DNA of 64,000 bases from a virus: positions 1 through 64,000 of IMG/VR virus record IMGVR_UViG_3300020583_000224, one strand, 5' to 3'. The position numbers were made by a program, and so were the translations under genes. The first letter of the stretch is position 1, and each line of letters opens with the position of its first letter. This document shows positions 19,919 through 29,758 of this stretch, piece after piece. The notes under the pieces were generated by a model. That model saw nothing but the letters and a program-made list of their open reading frames with translations, had not been told where the DNA came from and did no database searches.

Positions 19919-20888
19919 CAACGAAACCCTTGGTGGAGACATGACGATCGTCGACCCGAACCGGCAGGCCCCGCGCCCGCAGCCCGACCCACAGGCCGGC
20001 CGCGTCCACGGCGTAGACCAGGCGGCGCTCACCCGCGCAGACCAGGCCCGCACCGACGCGCACCGTGTCGCGTCGCTCGTCCAGATCGCCCGCGAGGGAC
20101 ACGGCGAGGCGCGCGACCACGGCGAGGACGCCCACCGGCTGCGCGACGCCATCGACACGCTGTACGACCGGATCGCGTCGAAGCCCGGCGACCGGCGTGT
20201 GCGGCTGGATCGGGCGCTGCACGGCATGGACGGGTCGCTCGACGAGGAAGCGGTGCTCGAATACCTGGACCTGACCGGCCGTGAGGGCATGACGGCACGT
20301 GGCGCGTTGCAGCGGATCCTGGATCGGCGCACGTTCCCGGAGTTCGACGGTGGCCAGGAGTTTTCGGATCGGCTGCATTCGCTGGCGCACACGTGGGAGC
20401 AGGGCGCGCGGGCACAGGAGGCTGCGGTTCGTCCCGCACTGCCTGCTGCTGCCGCGCCTTCGCCGGCCGCGCTGCCGCACCGTGAGCCGATTCGTCCGGC
20501 GCATCCGCCGATGGTGCCGCCCGCCCCGCCGGAGTCCCCGGCCGAGCAGACGGGCCAGATCTTCGCGGCGCTGCGGACCAAGGGTTACTTGATCTCGTCC
20601 GACATGGAGGCCGCAGCGCGCAAGGACCATCAGTCGGGGCTAACTGTGGCCGCGCCGGACCCGAAGTTCTCGGCGTCCGCGCTGCCGCAGACCCGCTCGG
20701 GCGACACGCAGCTGATGAAGCCGCTGACGGATGAGGTGCTCGCCCACCTGGACATGGCCGACGCATCAGTCGAGGCGCCGAAGCCGGAGCAGCCGGTGGT
20801 GCCCCCTTTCGCCTCGGCGGCCGTGGAAACCGGCGCAGTAAGCCGGTCGGCGGTCGCGGCAAGCGGAAGCGGTGACTCCGATGACTGA
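19911..20888 (+). CDS. hypothetical protein
   Basis: long ORF with high GC3, overlap coupling. Confidence 0.6.
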   Translation: MSDNETLGGDMTIVDPNRQAPRPQPDPQAGRVHGVDQAALTRADQARTDAHRVASLVQIAREGHGEARDHGEDAHRLRDAIDTLYDRIASKPGDRRVRLDRALHGMDGSLDEEAVLEYLDLTGREGMTARGALQRILDRRTFPEFDGGQEFSDRLHSLAHTWEQGARAQEAAVRPALPAAAAPSPAALPHREPIRPAHPPMVPPAPPESPAEQTGQIFAALRTKGYLISSDMEAAARKDHQSGLTVAAPDPKFSASALPQTRSGDTQLMKPLTDEVLAHLDMADASVEAPKPEQPVVPPFASAAVETGAVSRSAVAASGSGDSDD

Positions 20889-21249
20889 CCCGTACGCAGA
20901 CGCCGTGCGTATCGGCTTGGAAGTCTGCGGGAAGCTCGCGACCGCGCGCATCGGCAGTCCCGTGCTGGTGGGTGTGGCGGAGCAGACGGTCGTGTACCCG
21001 CCGCTACTGCTCCTGCCGGGCACTCCGGTCGTCGAGTTGATCGTCGAGTCGGCCGGGGTGCACGTGGTCACGTCGCGGCGCGGCCACTACGGCGTACTGA
21101 CCGAGCCTGTGCTCATCCCGTTCCCGCAGGTTGACCGCGTGCCGTGCCTGTCGGGGCTGTCGCTGGACGTGTGGCGCGAGGCCGTGGACTGCGCGCTGAC
21201 TGCGGCACTGACTGGGCTGCCCGCCCGGCGGGCGCGCACCGGACCGTAA
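20881..21249 (+). CDS. hypothetical protein
   Basis: coupled ORF. Confidence 0.55.
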   Translation: MTDPYADAVRIGLEVCGKLATARIGSPVLVGVAEQTVVYPPLLLLPGTPVVELIVESAGVHVVTSRRGHYGVLTEPVLIPFPQVDRVPCLSGLSLDVWREAVDCALTAALTGLPARRARTGP

Positions 21250-21257
21250 CCAAGACC

Positions 21258-21353
21258 CCGGCCTGAATTCCTCCGAGCAGGCCGGTAGTCGCAGGCGCAC
21301 CTCCACGCGCCTGCGGCACGGGGCCGCATCGCACTCGAGAAGCGGTGCGGCCT
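21258..21353. ncRNA. candidate structured RNA with three tandem hairpins
   Basis: stems at 21258-85, 21290-21315 and 21321-53. Confidence 0.4.
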
Positions 21354-21395
21354 CGAGGAGGAAACCGATTCAGCCATCCAATCTCGGAGGACCCC

Positions 21396-21704
21396 ATGAC
21401 CAGTACTATCGAGAGGCCCGAGCCGCTCGTTGTGTTCCGCAAGAGATTCAAGTGCCCGTGGTGCCGGTTCCAGCGCAGCACGGAGAAGCCGGTCATCGAG
21501 CACATCGCTCGCTGCTGGTCCGACCCGGCGAAGCGGACCTGTAAGACGTGCAGGCACTTCGAGCGCGGCTACACCACGGCCAGGTTCAGCGCGTACGAGC
21601 CGCCGGAGTCGCTCGACGTGCCGGACGAGTGCGCGCTCGGCGAGTCACTGCCGGAGAACGCGCCGGTCGTCGGCTGCGCGCTGTGGGCGGTGGTGAACTC
21701 ATGA
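21396..21704 (+). CDS. Cys-rich zinc-finger protein
   Basis: CPWC...HIARCW...CKTC; GGAGG RBS. Confidence 0.65.
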   Translation: MTSTIERPEPLVVFRKRFKCPWCRFQRSTEKPVIEHIARCWSDPAKRTCKTCRHFERGYTTARFSAYEPPESLDVPDECALGESLPENAPVVGCALWAVVNS

Positions 21705-22168
21705 CGACACCTGCCGACCTGACGGACGGGCAGCTGCTCGCCGAGATCCGTACCGCTGAGACGGCGGCACTCGACCCGGAGACCGTGCTGACGGCGCTCC
21801 GGAGTGCCACCGCAGCGCACCTCGAGCGGCGCCCGAACCCGTTCGCCGCGCTCGCCGAGCCGGACGACCTGCTGCTCGCCCAGCCGCCGTTCCAGGTGGA
21901 CTCGTGCGAAGACCTGTCCGCGCTGGTGGACTCACAGGCACCCCGGCCGGCCGATGCTCCGCACGCGCGGCCGGCCGGGGCGAACGCTCCCGCGACGCTT
22001 TCCACGACGGAGGCCGCGTCGATCCTCGGCGTGTCCCGCGCCACCCTGGTCCGCTACTGCGAGGACGGGCGGCTGCCGTATGCGAAGCCCGGTAAGCACC
22101 GGCGGCTGCGGCACGCAGATGTCCTCGCGTTCAAGGACGCCACCACACACGGGCGGGTGGCGTCATGA
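21701..22168 (+). CDS. excisionase-family HTH protein
   Basis: LSTTEAASILGVSRATLVRYCEDGRLP...GKHRR. Confidence 0.8.
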   Translation: MTTPADLTDGQLLAEIRTAETAALDPETVLTALRSATAAHLERRPNPFAALAEPDDLLLAQPPFQVDSCEDLSALVDSQAPRPADAPHARPAGANAPATLSTTEAASILGVSRATLVRYCEDGRLPYAKPGKHRRLRHADVLAFKDATTHGRVAS

Positions 22169-22539
22169 GCCCTGTCCGCGAGGCCACCTCGAACCGGCTC
22201 ATCCTGCTGCGCTCGATGAGCGAAGCCCAGTGGATGAGCAAGGTCCGCGAGATCGCCAAGCGCTACGGCTGGACCAGCTACCACACCCGGAACTCGAAGG
22301 GCTCCGACCACGGCTGGCCCGACCTCGTCATCGCGCACGCCGGGCAGCGCCGCACCGTGTTCGCCGAGCTGAAGAAGGAGGCCGGCAAGGTCACGCCCGC
22401 GCAGCGCACATGGCTCGAGCATCTCGCCTCATGCGGGTTCGAAGTCGCTGTCTGGCGACCGCGCGATGAGGACGAAGTGCTCGCTGTCCTTGGTCCGCAG
22501 AAGCTGCGCGCCACGTGGGCCGAAGGAGGTGCCTCATGA
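22165..22539 (+). CDS. VRR-NUC nuclease
   Basis: GWPDL...FAELK...GKVTPAQRTW. Confidence 0.85.
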   Translation: MSPVREATSNRLILLRSMSEAQWMSKVREIAKRYGWTSYHTRNSKGSDHGWPDLVIAHAGQRRTVFAELKKEAGKVTPAQRTWLEHLASCGFEVAVWRPRDEDEVLAVLGPQKLRATWAEGGAS

Positions 22540-24207
22540 CGCTGCGCGTTGCTTCACTCTGCTCCGGCGTCGGCGGCCTAGATCTCGCTGTCGAGTCCGT
22601 GCTCGACGCCGAGCTCGCCTGGTACGCCCAGTACGAGCCGCCGGATAAGAACGGCAAGGAAGACAAGAACCAGTACGCCGCACAGATCATGGCGGCGCGC
22701 TTCCCCGGCGTCCCGAACCTCGGCGACATTACCGCCATTGACTACACGCAGGTCGAGCCCGTGGACATCCTGACCGCCGGCTTCCCGTGCACCGACCTCT
22801 CCTTGGCAGGCAAGCGCGCAGGCCTCATGCCCGGCACCCGATCCGGGATCTGGTCGCACGTCGCCCGCGCTGTCGAAGTATTGCGCCCCTCGCTCGTCTT
22901 CATCGAAAACGTCAGGAGTTTGACCAGTGCCAAGGCCCATAGCGACTTGGAGCACTGCCCGTGGTGCATGGGAGAAGCCGCAGAGGGGGGGGGGATCCGC
23001 TCTTCCGCCTCTGCGAGCACTCGGAGCTGTTCTCGGAGATCTGGCCGACCTCGGGTTCGATGCGGAGTGGCAGGTGCTTCCCGCCTCCGCCATCGGAGCA
23101 CCCCATAAGCGCGAGCGGTGCTTCGTCCTCGCGTGGCCCGCAGACCGTTCACCCCGAGGTTCCCGGTGGGCGTCTTCAGCAGACGCCCACCGGGAACCTC
23201 GGGGTGAACGGTGGCTCGCAGCACCCGGACAAGCGGAAGTCGGGCGGCCATGGGCCGACGCTCGCGGACGAGGTGGAGCATCTGCTGCCCACGCCGAAGG
23301 CGAGCGACCCGGAGCGTGGCGACTGCGCGTCGGAGCGGGCGCGCAGGTCGCCGGTTCTCGAGACGGTGGTCAATCTGCTGCCGACTCCGACATCCTCGTT
23401 CCCGGGTACGACCGCGAACTTCCGGGAGGACGGGACGCCGTACAGCAGCGGGTATGGCCCGACGCTGCTGGACGCAGTTCGACTGTTGCCGACCCCGCGC
23501 ACTTCGGACACGAACGGGATCGGTTCGCACGGAGCGGGCGGACCGGACCTGAGGACGGTCGTCTCGGAGACGTCCCGTCCGTCGCCCGGGGCGTTGGGAG
23601 CAATGCCCCGGGCGACGGACGGGACAAAGGGTGGACCGAATCAGCGCGGGAGTTCCGGCGATCTGATGTTGCCGAGCGCCGTGGCGCACCTGCCGACACC
23701 CAGGGCGCGGGACTGGAAGCGCGGCGGGAAGGACGGCTTGGAGGAAGCCCTTCTCCCGACTGTGACGCAGTACGGCAGCAATCAGTCTCCGACGCCCGGC
23801 GCGGCGGTGCGGCCGAGCCTGAGTTCCCTAGCCTCGAGCGGTTCGCTACTTCCGACGCCGACAGCGGCCGACGGGGATCGGGCGAGTCTGACGATGCTGC
23901 GGGGCAACCCGACATTGCGTGGGGCGATTACGAACCCGCCATCCGACGCTGGGAAGCCGTCACCGGCCAGCCTGCCCCCCGGCCAACTGACGATCGAGGA
24001 CGCCTGAACCCGGTCTTCGTCGAGTGGATGGTCGGGCTTGCCGAGGGCTGGGTCACTGATGTCCCCGACATCCCGCGCAATGCGCAGCTCAAGGGCCTGG
24101 GCAACATCGTCGTGCCGCAGCAGGCCGCCGAGGCGCTGCGGATCCTGCTCGGCCGCGCCGGTTTCGTCCTCGATGACGCGTCTGCGCTGGAGGTGACGGC
24201 CGCATGA
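22536..24207 (+). pseudogene. C5-cytosine DNA methyltransferase, frameshifted at the G10 tract 22985-22994 (556 aa if G9)
   Basis: motifs I (SLCSGVGG), IV (GFPC) and VI (ENV) in one frame; VIII (PHKRERCF) and IX-X (LNPVFVEWMVG, LGNIVVP) in another. Confidence 0.85.
22927..24007 (+). CDS. nested out-of-frame LLPTP-repeat protein (359 aa if G9)
   Basis: AGGAG 8 nt before GTG 22927; about 8 repeats; high GC3 in this frame. Confidence 0.6.
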
Positions 24208-25055
24208 CCGCCGCCCTCACGCGCCCTACAGTCGGCACGCTGCCCGCCCACGGCACGACCGCCCGTCGTCATCGCGGCTGTGGCTGCCTGCCGTGCCGGC
24301 GCGCTCAACGCCGCTACGACAAGCGGCGGCGCATCTACCGCACCCGCGGGATCGCCGGCCGCGTCCCGATGTCCCCGGTAACTGAACACGTGGCCGTGCT
24401 GCGCGCGACGGGTGCGACATTGCAGGCGATCGCGGACGCGGCGGACTGCTCGCAGGGCACGATCCTCAACATCGAACGCAGCCAGCATCCGACGCTGTTC
24501 GCTTCGATCGCGCGACGCGTTCTGGCCGTGCACCCGGGAATGCTCGCGCCGGCGATGGTCGGCGCGGTCGGCGTGGCCCGACAGGTGCAGGCCCTGTATG
24601 TGGCCGGCTACCCGCTGGCGGTGCTCAGCGCCGAGTTCGGGTTCACGCGCACCTATGTCAGCGAACTCGCCAACGGGCGCCGCGAGCGGGTCACGTATGC
24701 GACGTACCGCAGGATCGCGGACGCGTACGCGCGCCTGTCCGGCGCGCCGGGGCCGAGTGAGTACACCCGGGCGTGGGCTGCGCGCCGCGGATGGCTTCCG
24801 CCTGCCGCATGGGAGGGACTGGACATTGATGATCCGGCCGCTGATCCGACGGTGGAGTCGGCGGTTTCGCGGTATGCCGTCGTGGCCGAGGAGGCGGCGT
24901 TCTTCGCGTCGCAGGGCTTAACGCAGGAGGGGATCGCGGCCCACTTGGGGCTGTCGGTGAACACGCTGCAGATCTATCTGGTGCGGGCGAGGCGCGCGGC
25001 TGCGGGGGACCGAGATCCGGGCGCGGACGACGCACTCGCCGACCTTGCCGCCTGA
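24204..25055 (+). CDS. multi-HTH DNA-binding protein with an N-terminal Cys motif
   Basis: HGT...GCGCLPC; three HTH-like segments. Confidence 0.7.
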   Translation: MTAALTRPTVGTLPAHGTTARRHRGCGCLPCRRAQRRYDKRRRIYRTRGIAGRVPMSPVTEHVAVLRATGATLQAIADAADCSQGTILNIERSQHPTLFASIARRVLAVHPGMLAPAMVGAVGVARQVQALYVAGYPLAVLSAEFGFTRTYVSELANGRRERVTYATYRRIADAYARLSGAPGPSEYTRAWAARRGWLPPAAWEGLDIDDPAADPTVESAVSRYAVVAEEAAFFASQGLTQEGIAAHLGLSVNTLQIYLVRARRAAAGDRDPGADDALADLAA

Positions 25056-25083
25056 TCAGACCTAGCCCCGGAAGTAGCACATC

Positions 25084-25497
25084 GTGACCATGACCCTTGA
25101 GAACCCTGCGCCGCCTGGTGATGCGCATGTTGCGCCCGAGCCGAGCGAGATCCTCACGCGCCTGGCCGCACTTCAGTCCCGCGACGAACGCCTCGTCACC
25201 GACCGGCGTACCGCGCTGCTGCTCGCCGCGTCCCTGGCCCGTCTCGCCCGCGCTTACCGCCGTGACCGTGACCGGCTGCTGTACGCGAACCTCGGGTTGC
25301 AGCGTGAGATCCAGGTCGGTGCGACACGCGAGCAGGCCGCCGCGGCAGCGAGCGCCACGCAGGCCGATGTGCTGGCCCGTCAGGTGGTCGATCTGAAGGC
25401 GCACAACGAGGCGCTGACGGCCGAGAATACGCGGCTCCGTAACGCGTCCAGCGTGGCCGCCGCGCCGGTCGAGCCCAGGCGGAGGTGGCGCAGGTGA
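25084..25497 (+). CDS. coiled-coil hypothetical protein
   Basis: ORF, heptad pattern. Confidence 0.55.
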   Translation: MTMTLENPAPPGDAHVAPEPSEILTRLAALQSRDERLVTDRRTALLLAASLARLARAYRRDRDRLLYANLGLQREIQVGATREQAAAAASATQADVLARQVVDLKAHNEALTAENTRLRNASSVAAAPVEPRRRWRR

Positions 25498-25694
25498 AGC
25501 GTCTAGCGCAGGCCGCACGGTTCCTGTCTGGGCTCGCGGCGCTTCTCGCGGCAGGCAGCCTCGCTGTCGGCCCCCACTTACTGCGCGCAGCGGCCGAGGG
25601 TGGCGCAGCGCTCTGCCTCTTCGTCGTCGCCCTATGGATCAACCACGCAGCCCGACCGCACGACACCAACCACGAATCGGAGACCACACCATGA
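25494..25694 (+). CDS. small membrane protein
   Basis: 2 TM helices, coupled. Confidence 0.5.
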   Translation: MKRLAQAARFLSGLAALLAAGSLAVGPHLLRAAAEGGAALCLFVVALWINHAARPHDTNHESETTP

Positions 25695-26152
25695 CCGCGA
25701 ACAGCGTGACCGTGAACCTGCCCGACGCCGACCCGGCGAAGACGCTCCTCGGCGAACTCGCCGGCCCGACAACGATCGAGCAACTGCTCGGCCGGGCTGA
25801 GCGCAACGGCACGAAGCGCGCCCGGACCGTGGCCGTGCGGATCCGGCACGACGCGGACCTCCTTGAGAAGTTGCTCGCCGAGCACGGGGAAGAGGCCGCC
25901 GCGCGCCGGAAGGTGGAGAAGCTGCGGGCCCGGCTCGCCGAAGCCGAGGCCGAACTGCGCGCGAAGACCGCCATGCCGCGGAACATCGCCCGGCTCGCCG
26001 GACCCAACCAGCCTGCGCCCGCCGCGACCACCGCGGTGATGCGCGCCTGGCTGATCGAGAACGGGCACCCCGTCAGCGAATACGGGCGGCTCTGCAACGG
26101 CGACATCGCCGCCTACGAGGCTGCGCACCAGGGTCGGGACGGCGGCTCATGA
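25691..26152 (+). CDS. Lsr2-like DNA-binding-domain protein
   Basis: VMRAWLIENGHPVSEYGRL...IAAYEAAH. Confidence 0.75.
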   Translation: MTANSVTVNLPDADPAKTLLGELAGPTTIEQLLGRAERNGTKRARTVAVRIRHDADLLEKLLAEHGEEAAARRKVEKLRARLAEAEAELRAKTAMPRNIARLAGPNQPAPAATTAVMRAWLIENGHPVSEYGRLCNGDIAAYEAAHQGRDGGS

Positions 26153-26334
26153 CCGGCCGCCTCCGTGAGTTCGCCCAGTGGTTCGCGACCGGCGTGTGTG
26201 TTGGCGCGGCGGCCTCGACGCTGGTCTTCGCCTGGTTCGGTCAGGTGACGGCCGCGGGCGCCACGGGGGCTGTGTGCGTCGGCGCGGGGATAGTCACCGC
26301 GATCGTTCGGCGGCCGGGCGGGGGTGCCGCATGA
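26149..26334 (+). CDS. small membrane protein
   Basis: 2 TM helices. Confidence 0.5.
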   Translation: MTGRLREFAQWFATGVCVGAAASTLVFAWFGQVTAAGATGAVCVGAGIVTAIVRRPGGGAA

Positions 26335-26678
26335 AGTCGATCCTCTCCGACCTGCCGACCGGTTCCGAGGTCGTGATGCGCACGATCCATGACCGTGTCG
26401 TCGAGATCGTGTATGGGGGCGACGACCTGCTGTTCAGCGCGGTCGCGCCCGGCCGCTCGCGCCATGACGACGACTGCGAGTTTTACGGCCGGGCGTCGGT
26501 CGCCGACTTCGACCTGCCGCTCGTCAAATGCGGCGCCAAGTTCTGGCTGGTGATCGAGACCGTCCGGCGGCGCGACGGGCACACGGAGCGCACGTCCGCC
26601 ATCGCGTTCCAGCATCCCGGAGTCGAGACGGCTGCGGAAGCGCTCACCAAGGGCGCGCCGGGCGGTGACGCGGCATGA
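26331..26678 (+). CDS. hypothetical protein
   Basis: coupled ORF. Confidence 0.5.
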   Translation: MKSILSDLPTGSEVVMRTIHDRVVEIVYGGDDLLFSAVAPGRSRHDDDCEFYGRASVADFDLPLVKCGAKFWLVIETVRRRDGHTERTSAIAFQHPGVETAAEALTKGAPGGDAA

Positions 26679-26902
26679 CCGACACGCTGCCCCCGCCCGC
26701 CCGCTACGAGACCGCCGCAACCGCGCCCTCGTGGGTTCTGGCGTGCGTCGAACGCTGCCCGTCCTGCTGTGTCACGCCCACGGTCGCCCCCAGCCTGTGG
26801 ACCGTGCGCGGCGACGTGCTGGTTGCGGCGTATCGGTGCCCGACGTGTCAGCACGGCTGGGTGGCGCGGTGGGCCGTCAGCACGTTGGATGGTGCGGCGT
26901 GA
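26675..26902 (+). CDS. zinc-ribbon protein
   Basis: CPSC...CPTC. Confidence 0.55.
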   Translation: MTDTLPPPARYETAATAPSWVLACVERCPSCCVTPTVAPSLWTVRGDVLVAAYRCPTCQHGWVARWAVSTLDGAA

Positions 26903-26964
26903 ACGGGCTCAGGGCACGCGGAAGCCGCCCGTGCCGGTTGGCTACGGGCGGCGAGATCGAGCCG

Positions 26965-27171
26965 TCAGGAGTCTTGCTTCACGGGTGCGAGTTTCGCTAC
27001 CCACTCGCGCGTATAGCCCGTCAGGCGGGCGATTTGAGACGGCCCCAGGTCGTGCACCTGGCGAGCCTCGATCATCACTTCGCGCAGGTCATTGCGGGCA
27101 CGTTCGGCAGCCGCCTCGGCGCGCTTGAACCGTTGCGCGGCGATCCGCAGACGGCTGTCGATGTCCTCCAT
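26965..27171 (-). CDS. small HTH regulator
   Basis: LGPSQIARLTGYTREWVAKL. Confidence 0.7.
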   Translation of the reverse strand: MEDIDSRLRIAAQRFKRAEAAAERARNDLREVMIEARQVHDLGPSQIARLTGYTREWVAKLAPVKQDS

Positions 27172-27193
27172 GACTCACATGATGCCACGTCTG

Positions 27194-27269
27194 TTCGCGA
27201 ATGCACTACGCGAAGCCGGTTGACTTCGCGAAGTGGACCCGCGAACATAGTTCACGAAGCAAGTTCGCG
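27194..27269. promoter_or_regulatory. operator cluster (TTCGCG/CGCGAA repeats) in a divergent intergenic region
   Basis: six copies including the palindrome CTTCGCGAAG at 27224-33, overlapping TTGACT. Confidence 0.55.
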
Positions 27270-27293
27270 CACCTCCAACACCAAGGACTCGGC

Positions 27294-27608
27294 ATGACCG
27301 ACAAGATCACCCTCGAAGTCTGCAAGGACGGCTTGACCGGCAAGCCCCAACTCTCCATCAACAAGGTCGACGAGAACGGCGTCGGCGGCGGCTACCGTCT
27401 CGCGGGACCGAAGTTCAACGGCTCCAGCAAACTGCTGCTCCAGACCGAACTCGACCAGCGCGATGCGGACGAGATCCGCGCCTACCTCGACGCCGTGTTC
27501 CCGGTGAAGCCCGCCAGCGACGCGACCCCCGAGTCGGCCCCGCTCGTGTGCGGTTTCGAACTCGACGACGGCAGCGTCGCCTACTACGGCGTGGACGGTG
27601 CCCAGTGA
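27294..27608 (+). CDS. hypothetical protein
   Basis: AAGGA RBS; GYRLAGPKFNG. Confidence 0.6.
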   Translation: MTDKITLEVCKDGLTGKPQLSINKVDENGVGGGYRLAGPKFNGSSKLLLQTELDQRDADEIRAYLDAVFPVKPASDATPESAPLVCGFELDDGSVAYYGVDGAQ

Positions 27609-28069
27609 CCGACACCGAGCCGCGCCTCACCGTCGACACGCCGGAAGGCAACTTCCCGATCGGCGACCCCCGCGCTGTCGAAGCCATCGCCGCATACGTC
27701 CGCTCCGCGATCCCCGACAACATCGACCCCCACCAGATCGCCCAGATCAATGCCGCGCTCGTCCTCCACCCGCAGGACGGCGTCTGCCTCAACTGCGCGC
27801 GTCGCCTGCCGCTGTTCCTGTACCGCTGCGAGCACTGGGAGGTCTTCGGGTTCTCCCACGCGCACCGCATGTGGCTGTGCACCCGCTGCACGTCCCGCGC
27901 GGTCGAACTGTTCGACGAGCACGACAAGAACATCTGCAACGAGGTGGCGTGGGAGCCGTACGACGGCTGGGAGCCGTTCACCGGGCCGAGGCCGGGCACG
28001 GCTGAGTTCAAGGCGGCGTCCCGCGCGGCCGTAGCGGCGAGCCAGCGCCCGATGGTGGTGGCGAAGTGA
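27605..28069 (+). CDS. Cys-containing hypothetical protein
   Basis: coupled ORF. Confidence 0.55.
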   Translation: MTDTEPRLTVDTPEGNFPIGDPRAVEAIAAYVRSAIPDNIDPHQIAQINAALVLHPQDGVCLNCARRLPLFLYRCEHWEVFGFSHAHRMWLCTRCTSRAVELFDEHDKNICNEVAWEPYDGWEPFTGPRPGTAEFKAASRAAVAASQRPMVVAK

Positions 28070-28854
28070 ACGCCCCCGACCCGCAGGTCGTCCGCGAGTT
28101 CCTCGACGACATGGCCACGCGCGACATCGTCGACACCGACCTCGACCGCATGACCCCGCAGACATGCCCGGCCGGGGTCCACACCGACTGGGCCGTCGAC
28201 GGCGAACACGGCCACGCATGCCCCTGGTGCGAGAACGCGGACCTGCGCGCCAAGCTGGCCGCCGCCGTCCGCGTCGTCTCGACCGCTTACCCGACGACGC
28301 CCGACGAATTGACCGCCGTCATCCGGCAGATCGGCGAGATCACGCACGTCCCGGCCGAGACCGTGACCGTCTGGTCCGGTTACGACGATGACGAGCGCGG
28401 GTTTCCCCTGTTCACCACCCGCGAGCAGGCGCAGGCCTACGCCGAGCAGCAGTTCCGTAAGGACTGCGTCAACTGGGGCCACGCGTCCGAGGACATCGGC
28501 GAGATCACCTGGGTCGAGCGCAAGGCGTACACCGACGCCCACGACGGGCGCGCCGGGCTGTTCGACCTCAACTGTGCGATCGGCGGCGACGGGTACGTCG
28601 TGTGCGAGCGCACCGTGTACGCGTCCGCCGAGGCCGCGCTCCTGGCCGAGACCGCCGAGAAGGCGCCCCTCGGCGCCCGCGTGCGGATCGACCGGTCTGG
28701 CTCCCCGTTCAACCGGATGGACGGGATCGTGACCGTCCTGCACCCGTACGGCGAGGTTGGCAAGGTCGGCGTGGCCCTTGACGGACGCGAAGGTGTCGCT
28801 GTGTTCCCGGCCGACGACGTCGAAGTCCTGGCGCGCGAGGCGGACGGCCGATGA
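28066..28854 (+). CDS. hypothetical protein
   Basis: coupled ORF, high GC3. Confidence 0.6.
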   Translation: MNAPDPQVVREFLDDMATRDIVDTDLDRMTPQTCPAGVHTDWAVDGEHGHACPWCENADLRAKLAAAVRVVSTAYPTTPDELTAVIRQIGEITHVPAETVTVWSGYDDDERGFPLFTTREQAQAYAEQQFRKDCVNWGHASEDIGEITWVERKAYTDAHDGRAGLFDLNCAIGGDGYVVCERTVYASAEAALLAETAEKAPLGARVRIDRSGSPFNRMDGIVTVLHPYGEVGKVGVALDGREGVAVFPADDVEVLAREADGR

Positions 28855-29020
28855 CCCCCGAGTCTTTCGCCGCGCTCGGCGCCCGACTGCTGCTCATGCA
28901 GCGCTATTGGCTCCCGATGCGGCTCGTGGTGGCCATGTCGGACGAGGACGCCGTCACCGTCGCGTCCGCCGCGCTCAACGCCGCTGACCAGGTGGGCGAG
29001 TACGCCGCGGGAGGTGCGCG

Positions 29021-29758
29021 ATGACCGAGCCCTACTTCGCGGACGACGAGGTGACGCTCTACCTCGGCGACATGCGCGAGGTGATCCCCGCGCTCGAACT
29101 GCGGGCCGATCTCATCGTCGCCGATCCGCCCTACGGCGAAACCTCGCTCGCCTGGGACCGGTGGGTAGACGAGTGGGTCGAAATCGCCGCCACCGCCAGC
29201 CGCTCGATGTGGTGCTTCGGGTCGATGCGCATGTTCCTCGCGTGGCGCGACCAATTTATCGGCCCCGGCTGGAAGCTCTCCCAGGATGTGATCTGGGAGA
29301 AGCACAACGGCTCCGGATTCGCCGCAGACCGGTTCAAGCGCGTCCACGAGAACGCGCTGCACTGGTACCTCGGCGACTGGAACGCCATACACCACGCAAC
29401 GCCGCGCATCGAATACCGCGGCGCAAGCAAGCGGGCTCGCCGCAACCCGCCCCCGAAGCACACCGGAGCGATCAGCGCCTACACCTACGAGGACGACGGA
29501 AAGCGCCTCACGCGGTCCGTCATGCAGGCCCAGTCGGTCCGCGGAGGGCTGCACCCGACCGAGAAGCCGGTCGGCATCCTCACGCCGCTAATCGAGTACG
29601 CGTGCCCGCCTGGCGGCCTCGTCCTGGACCCGTTTGCCGGGTCCGGCTCAACCCTCGAAGCCGCGCGCCTCGCCGGGCGTCGGGCTATCGGCATCGAGGT
29701 CAGTGAGGCGTACTGCGAGGCTGCGGCGAAGCGTCTCGCACAAGGGGTGCTCGTATGA
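29021..29758 (+). CDS. N6-adenine/N4-cytosine DNA methyltransferase (beta class)
   Basis: DPPY precedes HPTEKP and DPFAGSGST. Confidence 0.9.
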   Translation: MTEPYFADDEVTLYLGDMREVIPALELRADLIVADPPYGETSLAWDRWVDEWVEIAATASRSMWCFGSMRMFLAWRDQFIGPGWKLSQDVIWEKHNGSGFAADRFKRVHENALHWYLGDWNAIHHATPRIEYRGASKRARRNPPPKHTGAISAYTYEDDGKRLTRSVMQAQSVRGGLHPTEKPVGILTPLIEYACPPGGLVLDPFAGSGSTLEAARLAGRRAIGIEVSEAYCEAAAKRLAQGVLV

